Assembly (NCBI GenBank): GCA_009694955.1
Contig: SIBZ01000001.1
Location: 63-64,062, forward strand
Length of the DNA stretch: 64,000 bases
Source of the DNA: Candidatus Tayloriibacteriota bacterium
GTDB lineage: Bacteria; Patescibacteriota; Minisyncoccia; Phycocordibacterales; UBA10002
Direction: 5' to 3'
Under the pieces are notes generated by a model. It did not search any database, was not told where the DNA came from, and was given only the letters and a program-made list of their open reading frames with translations. Position numbers and translations under genes: made by a program. This document shows, piece by piece, positions 52,506 through 63,990 of this stretch (its first letter is position 1; every line of letters starts with the position of its first letter).

Positions 52506-54035
52506 CTATCTCGCGAATTCAATGCACCGAGTTTCCCTGATGACGGTAATCTTGATTTCACCCGGGTATTTCAGCTCCTTTTCAATACGGTCGGCAACTC
52601 CGCGGGCCATATTCTTCGCTTCAAGGTCGCTCATCGCTTCCGGTTTGACGAAAATACGGATTTCACGTCCCGCCTGCAAGGCGTACGCTTTCTCAACGCC
52701 GGGGAAGGACGTCGCAATCGCCTCAAGTTCCGCCAAGCGTTTCAGGTAGTTCTCTACCGTATCGCGCCGTGCTCCGGGACGAGCGCCTGAAATAGCGTCC
52801 GCTGTCTGTACGATATACGATTCAATCGTTTCGTATGGGTATTCGCCGTGATGAGCCTCCATCGCCTTAATTACGAGCGGGTCAACGCCGAATTTCTGCA
52901 TAATTCTGCGTCCAATCTCGACGTGGGTGCCCTGTACCTCGTGGTCTACCGCTTTGCCGAGGTCGTGGAGAAGCGCTCCTGCCTTGGCAATCGCCACGTT
53001 CGCCTTCAATTCTTCCGCAATCATACCGGCGATATGCGTCATTTCAATCGAATGCTGGAGTACGTTTTGCCCGTAGCTGGTGCGGAAGTGCAGACGGCCG
53101 AGAATGGCAATAACTTGGGGAGGAAGATTAATCACTCCGCATTCGTACGCGGCTTGCTGACCTTTCTCCTTAATGATTTTGTTGATATCTTGCTGGGCCT
53201 TCTCGACAACACCTTCAATCTTGGCGGGTTGGATGCGCCCGTCCAAAATGAGATTTTCAAGTGCGATGCGTGCGACTTGCCGGCGGATGGGGTCGAACGA
53301 GGAGATGGTAATCGTTCCCGGAGTGTCGTCGACAATCACTTCAACGCCTGTGACGCGCTCGAACGCCTTGATGTTGCGTCCTTCCTTGCCGATAATCTTG
53401 CCTTTGATTTCGTCATTCGGGATGTTGACCGTTGTGGTGAGGATGTCTGGCGAAACGCTGTTTCCGAGACGCTGGATGGCGGTCGTCAGGATTTCTTGAG
53501 CACGTTTCTCCAAGCGCTCTTCTCCAGAACGCTCGAGTTTCTGCATACGCAAGACGATATCCTCCTCATTTTTCTTCTCGAGGTTCACGAAGAGTTGCGT
53601 CTTGGCCTCCTCTTCGGAGAGGTGCGCAACTTTCTCAAGTTCCGCACGCTTTCCTTCCTCCATTTCCGCGATTTTCTCCTTGACGCGTTTTACTTCCGCA
53701 ATCCTAACCTTTATTTCTTCGACCTCTTTGTCGATGTCGGTCTGGCGCTTGTCCAGGAGGTCCTCTTTCTTAATAAGACGGTCTTCGGTTTTCTTGATTT
53801 TTTCTTCTTTTTCCCTGAGTTCACTGCGAGCTTCCGAAAGCACTTTGGTTGCTTCTTCTTCCGCGCGGAGCGTGATTTTCTTCGCCTCCTCGCGGGCGGC
53901 GAGTTCCATTCCCTTGATTTCGAGCTCCATCGAGCCCTTCTTACCAAGCGAAATAATCAGCCGGAGATAGTAGCCTAGTGCGATTCCGATGATGCCCGCA
54001 GCGCTCGCAAGGAGCACTACGAGTTTAACTGACAT
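52506..54035 (-). CDS. rny: Ribonuclease Y
   Basis: N-terminal TM, a long coiled coil, a KH domain (...GKIIGKEGRNIKAFERVTGVEVIVDD...) and an HD domain (...HSIEMTHIAGMIAEEL...LLHDLGKA...). Confidence 0.9.
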   Translation of the reverse strand: MSVKLVVLLASAAGIIGIALGYYLRLIISLGKKGSMELEIKGMELAAREEAKKITLRAEEEATKVLSEARSELREKEEKIKKTEDRLIKKEDLLDKRQTDIDKEVEEIKVRIAEVKRVKEKIAEMEEGKRAELEKVAHLSEEEAKTQLFVNLEKKNEEDIVLRMQKLERSGEERLEKRAQEILTTAIQRLGNSVSPDILTTTVNIPNDEIKGKIIGKEGRNIKAFERVTGVEVIVDDTPGTITISSFDPIRRQVARIALENLILDGRIQPAKIEGVVEKAQQDINKIIKEKGQQAAYECGVINLPPQVIAILGRLHFRTSYGQNVLQHSIEMTHIAGMIAEELKANVAIAKAGALLHDLGKAVDHEVQGTHVEIGRRIMQKFGVDPLVIKAMEAHHGEYPYETIESYIVQTADAISGARPGARRDTVENYLKRLAELEAIATSFPGVEKAYALQAGREIRIFVKPEAMSDLEAKNMARGVADRIEKELKYPGEIKITVIRETRCIEFAR

Positions 54036-54235
54036 ACATTAAATAGATTCCGCTTTTATGCGTATTTCATCCCTATAGATATGAGTTTTTGAAGTCCCAT
54101 AATGCATAGTTCGAGTAGTCGTAAAGGGAAGATAGTCCGATACAAACGAAACCGTGAATAACAATTTTTAATGGATTCAATATACAAGAAAGTACAAAAA
54201 AAGTCCAACTCTATCGGAAGGTTTTTGGGAAAGAG

Positions 54236-54697
54236 TTACTGTAGTTTAATTCTTCCTTCAGCAATAGCTTTTGTAAGATGAACGCAAAAAAGCCACCAGA
54301 ATAACACAAGCACAACAAGGCCTATAATCCATCCAAAAACCACTTGATGCGCCAACAGCTGACTCACCATAGCCATGCATGCAATCACCACATTGAAACC
54401 AAATACAATATGTGTCCATTTAACAATGTCAGCCTTCACTTTTGAAAGCTTAATGGTATAGACAAGGCCTAAAACAAGTGAAACCAGATAAAGCTCAACG
54501 ACAATACCTACAAAACCATCAAAAGCAGCATGACCAAACGAATTAGCGATGCTATTCCCAATCACGTACATACACGCTCCAAAGATAATGTTTAAGATCT
54601 CAACAACGATAACAGACCACATAAAACCAGTCTTTTTGTTTGAATTCGCCACTATTGATTCTTGTGGAACATTCCGTATATTCAGATTCTGATCCAT
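54236..54697 (-). CDS. Hypothetical 4-TM membrane protein
   Basis: A 153-aa hydrophobic ORF with no recognisable domain. Confidence 0.45.
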   Translation of the reverse strand: MDQNLNIRNVPQESIVANSNKKTGFMWSVIVVEILNIIFGACMYVIGNSIANSFGHAAFDGFVGIVVELYLVSLVLGLVYTIKLSKVKADIVKWTHIVFGFNVVIACMAMVSQLLAHQVVFGWIIGLVVLVLFWWLFCVHLTKAIAEGRIKLQ

Positions 54698-54785
54698 ATA
54701 TAAAATACAAGGCGATGTCCAAAAATGTGCTTTTTCCCCAGTCTATTTCGAGTAATAGAACTTTCCTATAAAGATTTCAGCATGT

Positions 54786-55373
54786 TTACTGTATGACCTG
54801 TATCACCTTATCCACGATGCCGTACTTCTTGGCCTCGTCGGAGGTCATGAAGAAGTCGCGTTCAACGTCTTTTTCGATTTGGGTGAGCGGTTTGCCGCAG
54901 TTTGCCGAGAGCATTTTGTTCAGCTTGTCTTTAGTCTGGAGGATGTGTTTCGCGGTGATGGCGATGTCCGTTGCTTGGCCTTCCACGCCTCCGAGCGGTT
55001 GGTGAATCATGACTTCCGCGTTTGGAAGAATGTAGCGCTTTCCCTTCTTTCCCGACGAGAGTACCATCGCGGCGCCCGAGGCGGCGATACCGACACAGGT
55101 CGTCGCCACGTCATTCTTGATATGGTTCATCGTATCTATGATGGCCATAGTCGAACTCACCGAACCTCCGGGAGAGTTGATGTAAATATTCACCTCCTTT
55201 TTCGGGTCTTCCGACTGAAGGAAGAGAAGCTGCGCGATAACGAGGTTCGCGGTATGGTCGTCTATCGGGCCCGCGAGGAAGATAATGTTCTCCTTAAGGA
55301 GGCGCGAGTAAATATCATACGCGCGTTCGCCGTAGGTGGTTTTCTCGATAACTGTCGGTATTAAGATGTTCAT
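54786..55373 (-). CDS. clpP: ATP-dependent Clp protease proteolytic subunit
   Basis: ...[20 protein letters not shown]...[13 protein letters not shown]...MIHQPLGG carries the catalytic Ser/His context. The start is [12 protein letters not shown] at 55373. Confidence 0.9.
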   Translation of the reverse strand: MNILIPTVIEKTTYGERAYDIYSRLLKENIIFLAGPIDDHTANLVIAQLLFLQSEDPKKEVNIYINSPGGSVSSTMAIIDTMNHIKNDVATTCVGIAASGAAMVLSSGKKGKRYILPNAEVMIHQPLGGVEGQATDIAITAKHILQTKDKLNKMLSANCGKPLTQIEKDVERDFFMTSDEAKKYGIVDKVIQVIQ

Positions 55374-55479
55374 ATGATACGAATTACGAAGTACTACTAA
55401 TGCAACGGAAAAATACGAATAAGATGGGAAGAGAATAGCAGAAAAAGAGCGAATTGACAAACAGTGGATTTATTATATT

Positions 55480-55767
55480 GTGGTACTGAACGTTCTCAAC
55501 CAAAACTGCAGTCCCTATCTTGTTATGAATGAACCGAAAGAAGAGTTTCCTCCGTCGATGCGGGAGGCGGTCCTGTGGGGCGCAATCTGCTGGATTGCGA
55601 CAGGCATTGTTGTCGGCGGTATCGCGAAGGCAATTTACGAATGGGGGAGTGACGCCGTGGGAGTTCTCATTTTGTGCGTCTTCGTTGTCTTCTCCGTTGC
55701 CGTCTTCTCGCGGAAGAAAGGGGAGAACTTCCTCGACAACTACGATAAGGACGAGGCGGAGCATTGA
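55480..55767 (+). CDS. Hypothetical small membrane protein
   Basis: Two TM segments. It is followed by a bidirectional hairpin terminator at 55824..55857 (aaaacccgcttcgactttcggcgaggcgggtttt). Confidence 0.35.
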   Translation: MVLNVLNQNCSPYLVMNEPKEEFPPSMREAVLWGAICWIATGIVVGGIAKAIYEWGSDAVGVLILCVFVVFSVAVFSRKKGENFLDNYDKDEAEH

Positions 55768-55879
55768 ACCGTTCTGTCCCTGGTGCGGAGTCGTCCTTTG
55801 GTCGACTCTTTTTTTACCAACGTAAAACCCGCTTCGACTTTCGGCGAGGCGGGTTTTGATGAGTTCTGTGTTTGTCCCC

Positions 55880-56302
55880 TTACTCAGCAATCACGACACC
55901 GACGGTTGTGGGTGAGTTGAGGTTTTTGTAGCCCCAGATACCCGGTATGGTGACGGTAACTCCGAACGTTTCTCCTTTGTGGATTGAGCGCGATGCTTCA
56001 AATCCGAGATAGCCACTCGTGGCGTCCTTCGGGTCCTTTATCGGCGCGACGCGGAGCGATTTCCCGCTCGCGTTCAGGAAGAGGACAGAGTCGCCCCTCT
56101 TGATTGACACAACCGTGGGACTAAACCCTGTGTCGGTGTACGTTACGTTTACCGTCTTGTGCACGCCTGAGTCTTCCGTTGTTACCGAGGGTGAGGCGAG
56201 TGACGATGTACCTGTCGCAAGGTCAGAGGGACTTCGGAGCGCGACTCCGGTGGCGAGGACCACAGCTGCGAGAAGGCCGAGCGCTAGATGTGCTTTGTTC
56301 AT
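55880..56302 (-). CDS. Hypothetical secreted protein, possibly cupredoxin-like beta-sandwich
   Basis: Signal peptide (MNKAHLALGLLAAVVLATGVA) and a 140-aa length. Confidence 0.45.
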   Translation of the reverse strand: MNKAHLALGLLAAVVLATGVALRSPSDLATGTSSLASPSVTTEDSGVHKTVNVTYTDTGFSPTVVSIKRGDSVLFLNASGKSLRVAPIKDPKDATSGYLGFEASRSIHKGETFGVTVTIPGIWGYKNLNSPTTVGVVIAE

Positions 56303-56479
56303 ATCGGTTACTTATGAGTAGGAAATAATAATCTACATATTGTACGCTGTTTTCAGGTTTCTGACATCGAAAGTTATCAACAGCATGGTACAATACGAAC
56401 TTACGAACACCGATACGAAATTACGAAAATAACACCCCACCTCAATCCTCCCCTCTGAAGAGGGGAGGAGGGGAAGAAA

Positions 56480-57184
56480 ATGAGATTACACAGATTTTTT
56501 GTTGAAGAACACATCGCTCCAGATATAAGGCTCGCAATTAAGGACGCGAAACTTCTTCATCAATGGCGAAACGTCCTCCGGCTGAAGGCGGGGAATGAGG
56601 TGATTCTCTTTGACGGGTTCGGTATGGACCACCGATGCGAACTCGCTTCGCTTGATAGAGGAGAGGCCATGTGCATTGTGCGCGAGTCTTCCAAAAGCGC
56701 GCCGCCGTCCACGCAACAATTTTTCCTCTTCGCATCACTCATCAAGAAAGAACGTTTCGAGTGGCTTCTCGAGAAAGCGACGGAGCTCGGCGTCGCGCAA
56801 ATACGGCCGGTGATTGCCGACCGCTCGGAGGTGAAGAAGTTCAATCTCGAACGTGCGAAGGATATTGTGAAAGAGGCGTCTGAGCAGTCGGGACGTGGAA
56901 GTCTTCCCGCGCTCTATAAGCCGATGGAACTACAGAATGTCTTTAAGGAGTACACGTATTTTAAGACGATGGCGTTCGACCCGCATGGTGAACTGTTCAA
57001 AAAAGACGGATGGAGCAAGGAAGAAAAAGTCGGAGCATTTATCGGGCCGGAAGGTGGGTGGAGCGCCCGCGAACTTGAGCTGTTCCGTCAAGAAAAAATC
57101 CCCGTCTATTCGCTAGGGGTTTCCACGCTTCGCGCCGAAACGGCGGCGGTGGCCGTGACGTCTCTTTTACTCCTACCGTCGTAA
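56480..57184 (+). CDS. rsmE: 16S rRNA (uracil1498-N3)-methyltransferase RsmE family
   Basis: MRLHRFFVEE...LHQWRNVLRLKAGNEVILFDGFG... N-terminal PUA-like domain and a SPOUT C-terminal domain. The SD lies inside the upstream hairpin repeat (aggaggggaagaaaATG). Confidence 0.85.
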   Translation: MRLHRFFVEEHIAPDIRLAIKDAKLLHQWRNVLRLKAGNEVILFDGFGMDHRCELASLDRGEAMCIVRESSKSAPPSTQQFFLFASLIKKERFEWLLEKATELGVAQIRPVIADRSEVKKFNLERAKDIVKEASEQSGRGSLPALYKPMELQNVFKEYTYFKTMAFDPHGELFKKDGWSKEEKVGAFIGPEGGWSARELELFRQEKIPVYSLGVSTLRAETAAVAVTSLLLLPS

Positions 57185-57223
57185 AAGAATCACCAATCAC
57201 CAACTTCGTCTTCTTTTTGGTTA

Positions 57224-58588
57224 TTACTTAATATACACCGTCTTGATATTGGTGAACTCACGGAGGCCGAAACCGGAAAGCTCCCTGCCGTAACCGGACT
57301 GTTTAATCCCCCCAAAAGGAAGGCGTGGGTCGGATTTCACCATATCGTTGACGAAGACCGAACCGGATTCAATACGGGGGATAATACGTTTCGCCCGAGC
57401 TAGATTTTTCGTCCACACGGAAGCACCCAGTCCGTAGGGAGTATCATTGGCCACCCTGATTGCTTCTTCCTCGTCTTTCACCCCGATAACCGCGGCGACC
57501 GGACCGAACACCTCTTCGTCATAAACCGGCATACCTTTCTTCACGTGTGTAAGTATCGTCGGTTCATAAAAATATCCGGCACGGTCTATACGTTTACCGC
57601 CGCACACCACGTTCGCCCCGAGCGCGACCGATTCGGCAACCTGCCGTTCTAATCCACGTAGCATCCGTTCCGACGAAAGTGGGCCAACATCCGTTTTTTC
57701 ATCCGTTCCGTCACCCACAATCATTTCTTTAAAACGAGCCGCGAGGAGTTTGGTAAACAGTTTTTCTTTTTGGCGGGCGACGATAAAGCGTTTCGCGGCG
57801 ATACAGCTCTGTCCCGCGTTCTGAAGCCGCGCCCGCGCTCCGGTATGCGCCGCTTCCGCAAGGTCGGCGTCGGCAAGCACGATGAACGGGTCGCTCCCGC
57901 CGAGTTCCAAAATGCTTTTCTTTACGGCTTTACCCGCGAGAGACGCGACAATGCTTCCCGCACGCTCGCTTCCGGTAAGCGTCACCGCGCTCACACGCGG
58001 GTCGGCAATTATCGCGGGGATTTTCTCCGTCTCAATGAGGAGAACTTGGAACAAACCTTTCGGGAAACCGGCTTCGCGGAACAACTCTTCCGTGCGGAGC
58101 GCACAACCCGAAACCGTGGATGCGTGTTTGAGGAAAGCCGCGTTACCCGAAAGCAGGGCAGGGATGGCATACCGAAGCACCTGCCAATACGGAAAATTCC
58201 ACGGCATAATGCCGAGCACGATGCCGAGCGGTTCAAACGAAATAAAACTTTCGCTCGCATCCGTCTTCACGTATTCGGGCGACAAGAAACGCTCTGCGTT
58301 TTCAGCGAAATATTCGGTAGCCCACGCGCATTTCTCTATCTCCGCGATGGCCGCGCGGATGGGCTTGCCCATTTCCTGTGTCATTAGTTGTCCGAGTTCG
58401 TGTTTCTGTTTCCGGAGGAGAGCGGCGAGTTTCATGGCAAGACGGACGCGGTTCTTCAGCGGAACAACCCGCCACGCACTCTGCGCGCGCTTCGCGTCCA
58501 CGAGCTTCCTCTCCGTTTCCGCGGCCGTATGTTCCTTGAACCGCCTGATTATTTTCCCCGTAGCGGGGTTTGTTGAAATGAATGACAT
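57224..58588 (-). CDS. NAD(P)-dependent aldehyde dehydrogenase family protein (succinate-semialdehyde dehydrogenase-like)
   Basis: ...FTGSERAGSIVASLAGK...ELGGSDPFIV...; catalytic Cys context (QSCIAAKR). The start is MSFISTNPATGK at 58588. Confidence 0.85.
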   Translation of the reverse strand: MSFISTNPATGKIIRRFKEHTAAETERKLVDAKRAQSAWRVVPLKNRVRLAMKLAALLRKQKHELGQLMTQEMGKPIRAAIAEIEKCAWATEYFAENAERFLSPEYVKTDASESFISFEPLGIVLGIMPWNFPYWQVLRYAIPALLSGNAAFLKHASTVSGCALRTEELFREAGFPKGLFQVLLIETEKIPAIIADPRVSAVTLTGSERAGSIVASLAGKAVKKSILELGGSDPFIVLADADLAEAAHTGARARLQNAGQSCIAAKRFIVARQKEKLFTKLLAARFKEMIVGDGTDEKTDVGPLSSERMLRGLERQVAESVALGANVVCGGKRIDRAGYFYEPTILTHVKKGMPVYDEEVFGPVAAVIGVKDEEEAIRVANDTPYGLGASVWTKNLARAKRIIPRIESGSVFVNDMVKSDPRLPFGGIKQSGYGRELSGFGLREFTNIKTVYIK

Positions 58589-58654
58589 AAAAGAATCACC
58601 AATAATCAATATCCAATAACCAACCAAAAAAAATAACCAATAACCAAAAGCACC

Positions 58655-60286
58655 CTATGATTGCTTCACCAATTTTGTGAACACTTTCGCGTTCTCGGAA
58701 TAATCAACAGGAACTTCAATAAGTGAGACTCCTTTTTGTCCCAGCGCTTTTTTGAGGAGTGGAAGAAACTCCTTTGTCTTCGTCACGCGGTAGCCTTTCG
58801 CGCCGAAACTCTTCGCGTACAGGGCGAAATCGGGGTTACTGTAGGAAAGACCGAATTTCTTCAGTCCTTCCGCCTGTTGTTTCCATTGTATCATTCCGAA
58901 TCCGTCGTCCCGTATGATGACGACGACGAGGTCGAGTCTGAGGCGCATCGCGGTTTCAAGTTCGGCCGAGCTCATCATAAAGCCCCCGTCTCCGCATACC
59001 GCGAGCACCTTCCGTTTCGGATAGACAAGTTTCGAAGCGATGGCGGAGGGGAGTCCCGCTCCCATTGTCGCGAGTGCGTTGTCGAGGAGAAGCGTGTTGG
59101 GAAGAAACGCGCGGTAGCTTCGCGCGAACCACAGCTTGTACATACCGTTATCAAGCGTGACGATGCCGTTTTCGGGCATCGCGTTTCTCACATCGGCGAC
59201 GATGCGTTGCGGTAGAAGCGGAAAGAGGGGAGAGTCCCCCTGTTCGCCGATGCGCGCGTCCATTTCTTTTTTTCCCTCCGAAAACCACGCAGATTCCCAC
59301 GATTTCTTTCCCGCAAGCTCCCCGCGTAGAGCTTGAAGTCCAAGCGCGATATCGCCCACGACTTCGATTTCAGGAGCATACACCGGTTCATTGCCCGCTT
59401 TCGAAAAGCTAAGATGTATGAGGACCGGCATCGCACCTCTCCTCACGAATGGAGGTTTTTCGGTTGTCTCGTGTCCGACACAAAGTACGACGTCAGCGTT
59501 ATGGATAAGCGTATGAACACAGTCACCGCTCGTGATTGCTGTCGTGCCGAGATAGAGCGGGTGGTCTTCGCGCACCACCCCTTTGCCCATTTGTGTCGTT
59601 ACAAACGGAATGCCGGTTTCCTCGATGAACAAGGCAAGTTCTTTCGCAATCGAGGACTGGTTCGCGTGCATTCCGATAAGTATGACGGGTCGTTTCGCAC
59701 CGTGGAGCGTTTTCACGGCAGAAGCGAGGGTAGTACTGTTCGGACAAACAGGAGTCTCCTTTGCCGCGGGTGCTTCGGGAATCTTCGGGGCATTTTCAGA
59801 AGCGATATTTTCGGGGAGTTCAAGATGTACGGCTCCGGGACGCTCTCCTTCAGCTGTCGCAAGCGCCTGCCGTACGAGTGGGACAAGTGTGTCCGCGGTT
59901 TCGATAGAAGCTGAAAACTTGGTAAGCGGAGTAAACATCTTGACCGCGTCAATGATTTGGAACTTACCCTGCTTCCGGAACGCATTCGATTTTTGTCCCG
60001 TGATAAAGAGCACAGGCATCGCACCGAGATTTGCGTACGCCGAGGCGGTGGTAAAGTTCGTCGCTCCAGGGCCAAGTGTCGAGAGCGCGACTCCGGTTTT
60101 GCCGGTGAGCCTGCCAACGGTCGCGGCCATAAAGCCGGCGGCCTGTTCGTGCCGTGTCACGATAAACGGAATGCGGAAACGGGCAATCGAATCAAGCAGG
60201 TCGAGATTTTCCTCTCCGGGTAAACCGAAAATGCGGTTCACGCCATGTCTTTTCAGTTCCGCGACAAACGCGTCGGATGCTTTCAT
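58655..60286 (-). CDS. Thiamine-pyrophosphate-dependent enzyme, acetolactate synthase large-subunit-like
   Basis: MKASDAFVAELKRHGVNRIFGLPGEENLDLLDS... N-terminal Pyr domain and a C-terminal TPP-binding GDGGF motif. Confidence 0.85.
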   Translation of the reverse strand: MKASDAFVAELKRHGVNRIFGLPGEENLDLLDSIARFRIPFIVTRHEQAAGFMAATVGRLTGKTGVALSTLGPGATNFTTASAYANLGAMPVLFITGQKSNAFRKQGKFQIIDAVKMFTPLTKFSASIETADTLVPLVRQALATAEGERPGAVHLELPENIASENAPKIPEAPAAKETPVCPNSTTLASAVKTLHGAKRPVILIGMHANQSSIAKELALFIEETGIPFVTTQMGKGVVREDHPLYLGTTAITSGDCVHTLIHNADVVLCVGHETTEKPPFVRRGAMPVLIHLSFSKAGNEPVYAPEIEVVGDIALGLQALRGELAGKKSWESAWFSEGKKEMDARIGEQGDSPLFPLLPQRIVADVRNAMPENGIVTLDNGMYKLWFARSYRAFLPNTLLLDNALATMGAGLPSAIASKLVYPKRKVLAVCGDGGFMMSSAELETAMRLRLDLVVVIIRDDGFGMIQWKQQAEGLKKFGLSYSNPDFALYAKSFGAKGYRVTKTKEFLPLLKKALGQKGVSLIEVPVDYSENAKVFTKLVKQS

Positions 60287-60348
60287 GTGTAAATCACCAA
60301 TAACCAAACCTAGTGTCTTTTTGGTTATTGGATATTGGTGTTTGGTTA

Positions 60349-61401
60349 TTATTTCAGATTCTCCAAAAACTCGAGCACTCTCTGGTTGGTCATCAGCGTT
60401 TCCACGTAACTTCGCGCGTTTTCGGAGTTCGCGTTCTTGTAGTGCTCGAGAATGTGTTTCACTTCCGCTTCAATCTCGGCTTCTGGAACGGTCAATTTCT
60501 CGGCCCTTGCAATCTGGAAGAGCATAAGCTGTAAGCGCGCGCGGCGTTCGGCATCCTTTCCCCATTCTTTGCGGAGGGTCACCGCGTCCTTTTTGATTTC
60601 TTTCAGGTAGTCGTCAAATGACGCACCCATACGTTCGATTTGCGCGCGCATCTCGCTTTCCATACGGGAAAGTTCGCTCTCGACGAGTACGTCGGGTATG
60701 TCGCCCGCGCTTTTCTCGGTCAGTTTATCGAGAAGCGTAGCTCGGCGCTTCTCGCGGTTCTTTTCTTCTTTATGCGACAAGAGCCCTTCTTTCACTTTGG
60801 CGCGGAAATCGGCAACCGTTTCAAACGAGCCGAGCGCCTTTACGGTTTCGTCAGTAATTGAAAAATCTTTCGCGTCCGTCTCCGCGAGGCCAGAGTCCGC
60901 TCCAGCGTGGCGACGGCCCGTGGCGGACGTGTGCTGTTTGGTGATTTCGGTGATAACGGTATCGATTTCTTTGTCCGTAATCTCGGCGGACTCCGGTTTC
61001 TTCGCGTTTTCCGTTTTGGCGATTTTCTGGTATTCCGGAAGGGAGAGTTCGGGGTAGAGCGAAAGCGTTACCTTAAACTCGGCCGGGTTGTCCGGAGCAA
61101 GCTTCACGGCTTCGACGCGGGGGCGCCCAATCACGTCAAGCTTTTCCAACTTAAAGATTTCGGCAAGCGCTTCGCCGAGAGCGTCCGTCGAAGCTTCTTC
61201 CCAGAGCGCCATCTCGCCTATACGCTCTCGGATGATTTTTTCCGGCACGAATCCTTTCCGGAACCCAGGTAGCTCCGTATCTTTCTTCAGATGTTCAAGG
61301 ACGTGGCTCCGGTGCTTCGCGACTTCTTCGGGAGGGATTTCAAGTTCGAGAAGAACTTCCGATTTAGGGAGCACTTTCTTTTCTTTGAGCGTGTATTTCA
61401 T
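60349..61401 (-). CDS. tig: Trigger factor (short form)
   Basis: N-terminal ribosome-binding domain with the GFRKGFVP signature and a C-terminal chaperone arm domain; about 350 aa. Confidence 0.75.
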   Translation of the reverse strand: MKYTLKEKKVLPKSEVLLELEIPPEEVAKHRSHVLEHLKKDTELPGFRKGFVPEKIIRERIGEMALWEEASTDALGEALAEIFKLEKLDVIGRPRVEAVKLAPDNPAEFKVTLSLYPELSLPEYQKIAKTENAKKPESAEITDKEIDTVITEITKQHTSATGRRHAGADSGLAETDAKDFSITDETVKALGSFETVADFRAKVKEGLLSHKEEKNREKRRATLLDKLTEKSAGDIPDVLVESELSRMESEMRAQIERMGASFDDYLKEIKKDAVTLRKEWGKDAERRARLQLMLFQIARAEKLTVPEAEIEAEVKHILEHYKNANSENARSYVETLMTNQRVLEFLENLK

Positions 61402-61521
61402 ATACAAAAAATGTTATCAGACGACAAATGAACCGGTTTAACGTATCTTATTTTCCCCGCTTTGGCAATCCAAGGCGATGTAAAAACCTCTCCGGTCCGG
61501 AGAGGTTTACGAAAAGCAAGG

Positions 61522-61953
61522 TTACTGTGCGCTTCCGGTATCCGGCGCGGTGTCTGTCGTGTCGCTCGTATCGGCAGGAGCATCGGGTGTGAGCAGTGAG
61601 GAGTCTTCCTTTGAGAGCTCTGCGCCCCAGAAATACAGTCCGCCGATGATGAGAACGATGAGAATGATGATAATCCCCGCGAGCGCCCCCCATGACGTGT
61701 GATGTGCAGGAGCGGAAAGAAGTTTCCCCGGTGCCTTCGGAAGTTCCAGCGTTTTGGAAAGAGGTGGTGCTATCCCGACTGTTTGTCTCGGTTCGGGACT
61801 TTTAGGCTCTGCTTTGAGTGAGGCGATATCGCGTAGCACTGATTCCGGTGATGGAGTGGAAGAGGGCTGCGGAGACGTCACAACGGAAACCGGAGTTTCC
61901 GCTATCGGCTGTGTCGGCATTGCAGGGAGCGAGGATGGTGTTTGGTTAGGGTC
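61522..61953 (-). CDS. Hypothetical Pro/Thr-rich single-pass membrane protein
   Basis: TM segment ALAGIIIILIVLIIGGLYFW flanked by low-complexity segments. Confidence 0.4.
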   Translation of the reverse strand, partial: DPNQTPSSLPAMPTQPIAETPVSVVTSPQPSSTPSPESVLRDIASLKAEPKSPEPRQTVGIAPPLSKTLELPKAPGKLLSAPAHHTSWGALAGIIIILIVLIIGGLYFWGAELSKEDSSLLTPDAPADTSDTTDTAPDTGSAQ

Positions 61954-62056
61954 CATAACGAGTGGCGAGAATAGTATGACGGAATTATATCGTATGGCAT
62001 ACGAAAGCGCCATCCCAAATGGGATGGCGCTTTCCTTCGGTGAAGGCTGATATGAA

Positions 62057-63990
62057 TTACAGCAAGAACGGAATTAAGAGCAGAGCTACTATATTTAATA
62101 TCTTTATCATGGGATTTATAGCCGGGCCCGCGGTGTCCTTATATGGGTCGCCGACAGTGTCTCCCGTAATGGCGGCTTTGTGAGCGTCAGAGCCTTTGCC
62201 CCCGAAGTTCCCCTTTTCGATATATTTCTTGGCGTTGTCCCACGCTCCTCCACCACTTGTCATTGAGATGGCGACGAAGAGGCCGGTGACGATAGAACCA
62301 ACAAGCATTCCGCCGAGCGCGACAGGACCGAAGAGGAAGCCGACAAGAATCGGCGCGAGTACCGGAATAAGGGCGGGAACAATCATTTCTTTAATCGCCG
62401 CTTTGGTGACGATGTCTACCGCACGGCTGTAGTCGGGTTTCGCGGTTCCCGCCATAATGCCTTTGATTTCACGGAATTGCCGGCGAACCTCTTCCACGAC
62501 AGCGCTTGCCGCTTTGCGTACCGATTCCATCGAAATGGCCGCGAAGTAGTAAGGAAGCAGTCCTCCGATAAAGAGGCCGACAATCACAAGCGGGTCTTCA
62601 AGTCGGAATTGGAGATTTTTCCCAAGTGAGGAAAATTCCTGTGTGTATGAAGAGAAGAGTACAAGCGCGGCGAGACCGGCGGAGCCAATGGCGTAGCCTT
62701 TGGTGACCGCCTTCGTTGTGTTGCCGACAGCATCGAGTGCGTCGGTGATTTCGCGGACACTCTCGGGAAGGTTACTCATCTCGGCGATACCTCCCGCGTT
62801 GTCGGTAATCGGGCCGTAGGCGTCAATCGCGACGATAATACCCGCCATCGAAAGCATACTCATCGCGGCGACTGCGATACCGTAGAGTCCTGAGAAGTAG
62901 TACGAAGCTAAGATACCCGCGACAATTGTGAGAAGCGGAAGCGCGGTTGATTTCATCGAAATCGCGAGACCTTGGATGATGTTGGTTCCATGGCCCGACA
63001 GGCTCGCTTCAGCGATTGATTGCACGGGAGCGTGCGAAGTACCGGTGTAGTATTCGGTAATCCATACGAGAAGTCCGGTTACCACGAGGCCAACCAAACT
63101 TGCCGAAAAGAGCGAACCGGTGGCGTAGAGACCGTTGCCTTCCATAAGTGTCTTGGTGATGGGGTAGAACGCGATAGCAGAGAGGACACCGGACGCAATG
63201 AGTCCCTTATACAGTGCGCCCATAATGTTGCCCGACTTTCCGAGCCGAACGAAGAACGTGCCGATAATCGAAGCGATGATGGCAACTGCGCCGAGTGCGA
63301 GCGGGTAGAGAAGCGCGTTTGCGAAACCGGGGAACAAAATTTCGCCGAGGAGCATCGCGGCAATCGCGGTGACGGCGTAGGTTTCAAAAAGGTCCGCCGC
63401 CATACCTGCGCAGTCGCCCACGTTGTCACCGACGTTGTCGGCAATCACGGCTGGGTTTCTCGGGTCGTCTTCGGGGATACCCGCTTCCACTTTACCGACA
63501 AGATCGGCACCGACGTCGGCGGCCTTCGTGAAGATGCCTCCACCAAGACGGGCAAAGACCGAAATGAGCGACGCGCCGAATGAGAGTCCGATGAGCGCTT
63601 TCACATCTCCGGTCGCTGCGAAAAAGCCGGTGACACCAAGAAGCGCGAGACCGACAACGAGAAGTCCCGTAATCGCTCCGCCCTGAAAGGCGAGCGCGAG
63701 TGCCTGTTTCATCCCGACCGAAGCGGCTTGCGCGACACGCGTGTTGGCGCGCACCGATACATTCATACCGATGTATCCGGCCGCGGCGGAAAGAATTGCT
63801 CCGACAAGGAAGCCAAGCGCGCTTTTAAGACCGAGCGCGAAGAAGAGAATGACTGCCATGATGATGGCGACAACCGCGACGGTCTTATACTGGCGGTTAA
63901 GATAGGCTTTCGCGCCTTCCCTGATGGCACTGGAGATTTCCTGCATCCGCGCCGAGCCGGCATCTTTCTTGAGGAGACGACTGGCGGCAA
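62057..63990 (-). CDS. hppA: Membrane-bound H+-translocating pyrophosphatase, 5'-partial: the N-terminus runs off the right window edge
   Basis: [18 protein letters not shown] and other H+-PPase signatures. The reading frame continues past the annotated Met to the window end (...[29 protein letters not shown]). Confidence 0.9.

Noticed and set aside
52848-53978. 376-aa plus-strand ORF
   Set aside because: It is antisense to RNase Y and highly repetitive and Leu/Phe-rich with no motifs; an artefact of the coiled-coil-encoding strand.
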